A stretch of 64,000 nt of DNA from Candidatus Aminicenantes bacterium (GTDB lineage Bacteria; Acidobacteriota; Aminicenantia; Aminicenantales; Saccharicenantaceae), in contig CAVQXL010000004.1 in NCBI GenBank assembly GCA_963717865.1, forward strand, positions 941,840 to 1,005,839, in the 5' to 3' direction. Below are positions 57,803 through 64,000 of this stretch, one piece after another. The notes under the pieces were generated by a model that saw only the letters and a list, made by a program, of their open reading frames with translations, had not been told where the DNA came from and did not search any database. The position numbers and the translations under genes are program-made. Within the stretch, counting starts at the first letter, position 1. The number at the start of each line of letters is the position of its first letter.

Positions 57803-59872
57803 ATGAGACGCGAATGCTTCGGTCGTATTCTTGGCCCGGCTATCGCTTTGACGATCTTCGTCCTTGTCCGGCCCCTGCCGGCGGAGGCCCCCGTCACCCC
57901 GGAGGAGATCGTCCGGACGCTGGCCGGAGAGGTCTCGGGAGAGACCGCGCGCCGTTTCACGGACGCCATCTCGAAGTTCGATCGCATCCAGGCCGCCCCC
58001 GGCTACCACGACGCCGCGGTCTGGATCAAGGGCGGGCTCGAGCGGGCGGGCTACCAGGACGTCACGCTCGAGGGCTGGCCTTCCGACGGGACGAAGCGGT
58101 ATTCCACGTACCGGAGCGTCATCGGCTGGAAGGCCTCGAAGGGCGAGCTCTGGATGACCTCTCCGGTCCGGGAGCGCCTGTGCTCGTATGAGGAGCTCCC
58201 GCTGAGCCTCGTCGGACGCAGCCGTTCGGCCTCGGTTGAGGCGGATCTCGTAGATGTGGGCACCGGCATCGGCAAGGCGGCCTACGAGGGGAAGGACGTC
58301 CGCGGGAAGATCGTCCTGGCCACCGGCGCGCCGGCGGAGGTCATGAGGCAGGCGGTCATGGTGCGCGGCGCCGCCGGGATCCTGACGTATTACGCCCCCG
58401 ACACACGTCCGGGCTACCCGAACCTGGTCCGTTACGCGTCCTTCTGGCCGCGCTGGGAGGACCGGGACAGGGTCGGGTTCGGCTTCAACCTCAGCAAGAA
58501 TCAGGGCGCCGCCCTCAAGCGGAGTCTCGAGGAAGGACGGAGGATCGTCCTCGAAGCCGAGGTCGCATCCGAGTTCTTCCCCAGCCGCCTCGAGGTCCTC
58601 TCGGCCGCGTTCCCCGGGAGCGCGGAGCCCGAAAAGGAGGTCATGCTCATCGCCCACCTCTGCCACCCGATGCCGAGCGCCAACGACAACGCCTCGGGCA
58701 GCGGCGGCCTGATGGAGATGGCCAGGGCCCTCAAGGTCCTGGTGGACAAAGGTCTCCTGGCCGCGCCGAAGCGGACGATTCGCTTCGTCTGGGTCCCCGA
58801 GTTCAATGGGACGGTGCCCTACGTGCTGGCCCATCCCGACAGCGTCCGGAACACGCTGGCCGTCATCAACTGCGACATGATCGGCGAGGACCTGCACAAG
58901 ACCGGCGGCGCGCTCAACATCTTCGGAACTCCCGATTCCGTTCCGAGCTTCCTCAATGACGCGGTTGCCCGATTCGCCGGGCTCGTCGAGGAGCGCCGAT
59001 TGACGAGCCTGAACGGCTCGACCCATCCGTTCGTCTGGAGGCTCAGGTCGTACGGCGGGGGCAGCGACCACGTCGTCTTCAACGACGGATCGCTGAAGGT
59101 GGCGGCGATCATGCTCAACCGGGACGACCTCTTCCACCACACGAGCCTTGACGACATGGACAAGGTCGATCCGACCGAGCTCAGGCGCGCCTCGGTCCTC
59201 GCTCTCGCGACGGCTTATGCCATCGCGGCGGCGGGGGACCGGGAGGCCGCGGACCTGGCCCGGCTCGTGGCCCGCAACGGAGTCGGGCGCCTGTCGGCCG
59301 AATATTACGACGCCCTGGATGGACTCCACGCCGCGGGGGACCCTGAAGGGCTGCACCGGGCTTACCGGCACGTCCTGAACGTTATCACCCACGCAGCGCG
59401 CCGGGAGTCCCAGGCCATCGCCTCGGCGGGCGTTCTGGCGTCCGACCCGATGTCCAAGCAGGATATCTCCGCCCTCAAGGGAAGCATCGACAACCTTGCG
59501 CTTTCGTTCCCGAAGGAGGCCGCCGGCGTCTATAAAAAGCTCTGCGGGGCGATGGGGACCGCCCCCGGGCCGATGGGCCTCTCCGAAGAGGACCGCGCTC
59601 TGGCGCGACTCGTGCCCGTCCGGACGGCCGGTTTCATCGGTCCGCTGGAGGATGATTATCTGGAGGAGAAGCTTGGCCTCGATATCTTCGACGAGGTCGG
59701 GCTGAAGGGCAATACGGCCTACGAGGCCCTCAATTTCGCCGACGGAAAGAAGAATCTCCACGAGATCCTGCTGGCCGTATCCGCCGAGTTCGGCCCGGTG
59801 CGGGGCGCGGACGTCCGGGCCTTCTTCACGGTCCTGGAGCGCGCGGGCCTGATCATCCTGAAGGGGAGCTGA
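57803..59872 (+). CDS. M28-family (aminopeptidase-like) zinc peptidase homolog with long C-terminal extension
   Basis: Intact frame. ATG 57803 follows a GGAAGGAG Shine-Dalgarno. It has a signal peptide, HLCHPMPSANDNASGSGG and INCDMIGED metal-site-like motifs, and a C-terminal tail of about 200 aa. Confidence 0.75.
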   Translation: MRRECFGRILGPAIALTIFVLVRPLPAEAPVTPEEIVRTLAGEVSGETARRFTDAISKFDRIQAAPGYHDAAVWIKGGLERAGYQDVTLEGWPSDGTKRYSTYRSVIGWKASKGELWMTSPVRERLCSYEELPLSLVGRSRSASVEADLVDVGTGIGKAAYEGKDVRGKIVLATGAPAEVMRQAVMVRGAAGILTYYAPDTRPGYPNLVRYASFWPRWEDRDRVGFGFNLSKNQGAALKRSLEEGRRIVLEAEVASEFFPSRLEVLSAAFPGSAEPEKEVMLIAHLCHPMPSANDNASGSGGLMEMARALKVLVDKGLLAAPKRTIRFVWVPEFNGTVPYVLAHPDSVRNTLAVINCDMIGEDLHKTGGALNIFGTPDSVPSFLNDAVARFAGLVEERRLTSLNGSTHPFVWRLRSYGGGSDHVVFNDGSLKVAAIMLNRDDLFHHTSLDDMDKVDPTELRRASVLALATAYAIAAAGDREAADLARLVARNGVGRLSAEYYDALDGLHAAGDPEGLHRAYRHVLNVITHAARRESQAIASAGVLASDPMSKQDISALKGSIDNLALSFPKEAAGVYKKLCGAMGTAPGPMGLSEEDRALARLVPVRTAGFIGPLEDDYLEEKLGLDIFDEVGLKGNTAYEALNFADGKKNLHEILLAVSAEFGPVRGADVRAFFTVLERAGLIILKGS

Positions 59873-59874
59873 TC

Positions 59875-60426
59875 ATGCCGACGCCTTTGGACGCGCTCAT
59901 CCACTCCCGCCGGAGCATCCGCCGTTTCCTGCCCGATCCCGTGGACCGGGAGAAGATCCTCGCCTGTCTCGAGGCGCTCCGGCTTGCCCCTTCGGCCGAG
60001 AACGCCCAGCCGTGGAGGCTCCTCGTGGTCGACGAGCCGGAGCTTAAGGACAAGCTGGCCGCCGGCGCGTTCTCCGGGATCTACGGGATGACGAAGTTCG
60101 CCGGAAAGGCTCCGGTCCTCGTCGTCGTCCTCGCCTCGCTCGATCTTCTGGCACACCGTCTCGGCAGGCGCATCCAGGGGACGCAGTTCTATCTCATCGA
60201 CATCGGCATCGCCGGCACGCATTTCGTTCTCAAGGCCGAGGAGATGGGCCTGGCGACCTGCTGGATCGGGTGGTTCAACGCCCGGCGCGTGCGCAAGGTC
60301 CTCCATATTCCCCGGAAATACAAGATCGTCGCCCTTTTCCCCCTGGGGTACGCGGCGAGCCGGCCGCCGTCCGAAACGAAACGGAAGGCCCTGGAAGAGA
60401 TCGCCTGGTTCAACAGGATCCCATGA
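59875..60426 (+). CDS. nitroreductase family protein
   Basis: Intact frame with HSRRSIRRF, APSAENAQPWR and the C-terminal dimer-interface pattern. Confidence 0.85.
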   Translation: MPTPLDALIHSRRSIRRFLPDPVDREKILACLEALRLAPSAENAQPWRLLVVDEPELKDKLAAGAFSGIYGMTKFAGKAPVLVVVLASLDLLAHRLGRRIQGTQFYLIDIGIAGTHFVLKAEEMGLATCWIGWFNARRVRKVLHIPRKYKIVALFPLGYAASRPPSETKRKALEEIAWFNRIP

Positions 60427-61619
60427 GGAGATCGGAGATGGCCGTGTTCGTGCTCATCGTCCTCGTCGTCTACGGCGGCGCGAATTTCTACATCCTGCGC
60501 CGCGGCGCTCAGGCGCTCGCCGGATACCCGGCGGCCCGGGCCGTCTTCCTCGCCGCCTGCGGGCTGCTCGCCGTCGCCTATCCGCTCGGCCGCGCCCTGG
60601 GCGGCCGGCTCTCGGACGCCCTCACTCATGCCGGGTCCTTCTACCTGGCCCTGATGGTGAGCCTGTTCTTCGCGCTTCTCCTCGTGGACGCTTTCCGGCT
60701 CATCAACAGCGCGATCCGTATCTTCCCGAAAGCGTGGGCCGCGGACCCGCATCGGACCGGCCTCATCGCTTTCGCGGTCGTCATGGGGATCTCGGTGCTC
60801 GGGCTCGTCGGAGGATATGTGAACGCCCTCCACCCGCGCCTCCGGACCCTCGATATCAAGATCGAGAAGCCCGCGGGAGACGGGCGCGGCGGACTGAGGG
60901 CCGTGCTGGCCTCGGACATCCATCTGGGAACCATCATGGGGAGCCGGCGGCTGAAGACCATCGTGTCCAGGATCAACGCGCTCGAGCCCGACATCGTCCT
61001 TCTGCCCGGCGACATCGTGGACGAAAGCGTCTCGATCGCCGAGGAGGAGCGGATGATCTCCGTCCTCAGGTCCATAAAGGCGCCCCTGGGCGTCTTTTCC
61101 GTGCCGGGGAACCACGAGTATTTCGGCGGGCTCGCCAAGAACCTGGAATATCTTGTCCGGGGCGGAGTGAGGGTCCTCCAGGACGAGGTCGTCGCCGTCG
61201 GCGGCGCCTTCGCCCTCGCCGGGCGCAAGGACCCCACGGCTCTCCGGTTCGGGGAGTCGCGAAAAGCGCTCTCGGAGATCCTCGAGAGCGCCGGAGTCGG
61301 CCGGGCGCTCCCCGTCATCCTCCTCGACCATCAGCCGCTCCGGCTGAACGAGGCCGAAGATGCCGGCATCGACCTCCAGCTTTCCGGCCATACCCACGCC
61401 GGACAGCTGTTTCCCCTCAACCTCATCAACAAGATGATCTATGAGCAGTATTGGGGGTATCTGAGGAAGGGACGGACGCAGTACTACGTTTCCTGCGGCG
61501 TCGGCACCTGGGGGCCGGCCGTGCGCACCGGGAGCGTCCCCGAGATCATCCGGCTCGAGATCTCCTTCGGCCCTCCGGGCGGCCCGCCCCCGGTTCCATC
61601 AGGGAAGGATCCGTTGTAG
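60423..61619 (+). CDS. membrane-anchored metallophosphoesterase
   Basis: ATGA overlap at 60423. Several N-terminal TM helices are followed by SDIHLG, LLPGDIVD, GNHEY and GHTHAG motifs. Confidence 0.85.
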   Translation: MRRSEMAVFVLIVLVVYGGANFYILRRGAQALAGYPAARAVFLAACGLLAVAYPLGRALGGRLSDALTHAGSFYLALMVSLFFALLLVDAFRLINSAIRIFPKAWAADPHRTGLIAFAVVMGISVLGLVGGYVNALHPRLRTLDIKIEKPAGDGRGGLRAVLASDIHLGTIMGSRRLKTIVSRINALEPDIVLLPGDIVDESVSIAEEERMISVLRSIKAPLGVFSVPGNHEYFGGLAKNLEYLVRGGVRVLQDEVVAVGGAFALAGRKDPTALRFGESRKALSEILESAGVGRALPVILLDHQPLRLNEAEDAGIDLQLSGHTHAGQLFPLNLINKMIYEQYWGYLRKGRTQYYVSCGVGTWGPAVRTGSVPEIIRLEISFGPPGGPPPVPSGKDPL

Positions 61620-61671
61620 AATAGGCGCCGATGCGCCCGGGGCCGAACGACGGCGGGCAACGGGCCGAACG

Positions 61672-63105
61672 ATGACGAAAGGCGGTTCCATGACGAAAAG
61701 GAAGGGCTTCAAGCTCCCTCATACGCTCGTTCTGATCTATGCCCTGGTCATCGGGGTCTACGCCCTGAGCCTCGTCATTCCCTCGGGCGAGTTCAAGCGC
61801 ATCGAGAAGACGGTCCAGGGCCAGACGCGCCTGATGACCGTGGCGGGGACCTATGCGGAGACCCCGAAGCACCTGCTCGGGCCGCAATGGCTCCTCATCG
61901 CGCCGGTCCGGGGCTTCCAGGACGGGGCCCTCATCATCTTCATCATCCTCATCTTCGGCGGCACGTTCGCCATCCTGGGCAAGAGCGGGGCCATCGAATC
62001 GGGGATCCAGAGGCTGTCCCGGTTCTTCGCCCGGAAGCCGAAGACGCAGAAGTTCGTGATCCCCGTCTTGATGGTCGTCTTTTCGCTGGCGGGGGCGATC
62101 TACGGGATGGCCGAGGAATCCATCCCCTTCGTCCTCATCTTCATCCCTCTGGCCCTGTCCCTCGGCTACGACTCCCTTGTCGGCGTGGCCATCCCCTTCG
62201 TCGGGGCGGCCGCCGGCTTCGGCTCCGCGTTCTTCAATCCCTTCACGGTGGGCATCGCCCAGGGATTCTCGGAACTCCCGCTTTATTCGGGCCTGACCTA
62301 TAGGATCATTCTCTGGGTCGTCAACACGGTCCTGTCCATCGTCTTTGTCATGATCTACGCCGAGAAGGTCAGGAAGGACCCGAAGAAGAGCCTGGTCTAT
62401 GACGTCGATCTGGCGCGGGGCTACACGGCTTCGGAGGTCCAGGCCAAGGAATTGCCCTGGGGGCCGGCCCAGAAAGCGGTGTTGGGCATCCTGTTCGCCG
62501 GGATCGTCGCCCTTATCTACGGCATCCTGGCGAAGGGCTGGTACATGGAAGAGATCGGGGCGCTGTTCCTGGGCATCGGGCTCGTGGCCGGGCCGATCGC
62601 CGGGATCCGGCCCTCGGACATGGCCAAGACCTTCGTCTCGGGGGCCGCGGACCTGATCGGCGTCGCCATGATCATCGCCGGGGGCCGGGCCATCCTCATC
62701 ATCCTCAACGAGGCCGTGGTCCTGGACACGGTCCTGCAGGCCGCCGCCGGGTTCATCTCGGCCATGCCCGGCATCGTCACCGCCCAGATCATGTTCCTCA
62801 TGCAGGCGGTCATCAATTTCTTCGTCCATTCGGGAACCGCCCAGGCCGCGCTGACCATGCCGGTCATGGCCCCGCTCAGCGACCTCGTCGGCATCACCCG
62901 GCAGACGACGGTCCTGGCGTTCCAGCTCTGCGAGGTCATCAACCCCATTCTCCCGACCTCGGCCGTGACGATGGGCGTCCTCGGCGTCGCGAAGATCCCG
63001 TGGGAGAAATGGGCGAAATGGTTCCTGCCCCTGATGCTGATCCTGGTCGCGTTCAGCCTGGTCGCCCTGGTCCCGCCCGTCCTGATGAAGTGGGGGCCGT
63101 TCTGA
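61672..63105 (+). CDS. YfcC-family (C4-dicarboxylate anaerobic carrier-like) membrane transporter
   Basis: Intact 477-aa polytopic ORF with family-typical segments (FKLPHTLVLIY.., GGTFAILGKSGAIESG). ATG 61690 is an alternative start. Confidence 0.8.
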   Translation: MTKGGSMTKRKGFKLPHTLVLIYALVIGVYALSLVIPSGEFKRIEKTVQGQTRLMTVAGTYAETPKHLLGPQWLLIAPVRGFQDGALIIFIILIFGGTFAILGKSGAIESGIQRLSRFFARKPKTQKFVIPVLMVVFSLAGAIYGMAEESIPFVLIFIPLALSLGYDSLVGVAIPFVGAAAGFGSAFFNPFTVGIAQGFSELPLYSGLTYRIILWVVNTVLSIVFVMIYAEKVRKDPKKSLVYDVDLARGYTASEVQAKELPWGPAQKAVLGILFAGIVALIYGILAKGWYMEEIGALFLGIGLVAGPIAGIRPSDMAKTFVSGAADLIGVAMIIAGGRAILIILNEAVVLDTVLQAAAGFISAMPGIVTAQIMFLMQAVINFFVHSGTAQAALTMPVMAPLSDLVGITRQTTVLAFQLCEVINPILPTSAVTMGVLGVAKIPWEKWAKWFLPLMLILVAFSLVALVPPVLMKWGPF

Positions 63106-63179
63106 CGGCGCGAAAGCCCGCGATTCGGGGATAGCTATTCGGCGCGCCGGGCGTGCGCTTGAAAGAGGAGGGGCATGCC

Positions 63180-64000
63180 ATGAAAAGGATCGCCGTCATC
63201 ACGATCCTCGCTGTCCTGGGGCCGGCGCTCGCGTCGGCCGCCCGGTCCCGGGAGGGAACGGTCTCCGCGTTCGGATTCGCTCCATGCGCCATCCGGCTCT
63301 CGGGTCCGGCGCGGCCGGGAACGACCTTCGACAAGGTCGGCCGGAAGTTCGCCGTCCTCGGTTCCGGGGACGGCTCGTTCGAAGCCTGGGCCTGGCCGCT
63401 CAAGCTCTTCCGGAATTTCGAGATCTCCTTCCTTCTCGCTTCAAGCACGCTGCCGGTCGCGGGCCGCGACATCGCCCGTTTCATCGAGGTGACGCCGGCG
63501 CGGACGACGGTGACCTTCGTTCACCAGTCATTCACGATCCGGGCGCATTATATCGCGGCCGTCGATGAGCCGGGGGCCGTTGTCCTTCTCGAGGTCGATG
63601 CGAGCGAGCCCTTGTCGATCGTGGCCGGCTTTCTTCCCGTTCTTCAGCCGATGTGGCCGGCGGGGCTCGGGGGGCAATATGCGGCATGGGACGACACGCT
63701 CAAAGCCTATGTCATATCCGAGCCGACGCGGAAGAACCATGGACTCGTCGGCTCTCCGGCGGCGGCGGGGATCTCCTATACGCCGGCTCATATGCTTTCG
63801 GACGTCCCCAGCCAATTCAAGATCGCCGTCGACGATCCCTTGGACGTTGCCGGAAGGTATATCCCCGTCGTCATGGCCGGGGGAAAGGGGAGCCGTGAAT
63901 CCGTGGCCGACGTCTACCGGCGTCTGTCCGCGGACCCCGAATCGGTTTGCCGGGCGGCGGAAAAGCACTACGCGACCCTCCTCGCTTCGACACTGCGCGT
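63180..64000 (+). CDS. secreted hypothetical protein, 5' partial view (runs off window end)
   Basis: I translated this by hand from ATG 63180: MKRIAVITILAVLGPALASAA.. The frame stays open to position 64000. It is missing from the ORF track, presumably because it has no stop. Family not recognised. Confidence 0.55.
   Translation, partial: MKRIAVITILAVLGPALASAARSREGTVSAFGFAPCAIRLSGPARPGTTFDKVGRKFAVLGSGDGSFEAWAWPLKLFRNFEISFLLASSTLPVAGRDIARFIEVTPARTTVTFVHQSFTIRAHYIAAVDEPGAVVLLEVDASEPLSIVAGFLPVLQPMWPAGLGGQYAAWDDTLKAYVISEPTRKNHGLVGSPAAAGISYTPAHMLSDVPSQFKIAVDDPLDVAGRYIPVVMAGGKGSRESVADVYRRLSADPESVCRAAEKHYATLLASTLR

Noticed and set aside
57242-59761. 839-aa ORF on the minus strand
   Set aside because: Most of it is antisense to the intact M28-like peptidase gene. 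Only its last roughly 130 codons (57242-57631) coincide with the real N-terminus of the lipoprotein gene that starts at 57631.

Overview
GC-rich (roughly two-thirds G+C by eye, not computed), gene-dense bacterial chromosomal segment. I recognised no rRNA, tRNA, CRISPR array, integrase or transposase. Most genes are housekeeping: gcvPA/gcvPB, glyQ/glyS, rnc, pyrC, pyrR, ribF, mazG, prfB, coaE, proS, pcm, lpxB, pnp, rpsO, waaA. The organism is a diderm that makes LPS (lpxB, waaA, TonB-family protein, pseudopilins). Lineage cannot be assigned from sequence alone; an uncultured Acidobacteriota/Aminicenantes-like MAG is only a guess. Accessory modules are interleaved: (a) a Tat-signal radical SAM enzyme, a DUF362 protein and a membrane spermidine-synthase-like protein; (b) a hybrid kinase / REC-GGDEF / Hpt phosphorelay plus up to four PilZ-type genes and an atypical LuxR-type regulator; (c) three orphan pseudopilin genes; (d) a 6.6 kb block (MFS, YdeI, Tat D-aminoacylase, M23 peptidase, PIF1-WYL helicase) bracketed by a 24/25-nt direct repeat; (e) a duplicated ABC-2 exporter module. 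Major caveat: conserved genes in several blocks can only be read by hopping between frames. Where I could resolve a lesion it sits in a short homopolymer, and other blocks are clean, so I treat these as assembly or polishing errors. Boundaries in those blocks are approximate. Most interesting observations: an apparently circularly permuted cofactor-independent phosphoglycerate mutase homolog (51453-53039); the Tat-signal radical SAM operon; the repeat-bracketed cassette with a palindrome over its promoter; and recurrent leaderless promoter architecture. I did not find a clear multi-gene defence-type or otherwise obviously novel system.
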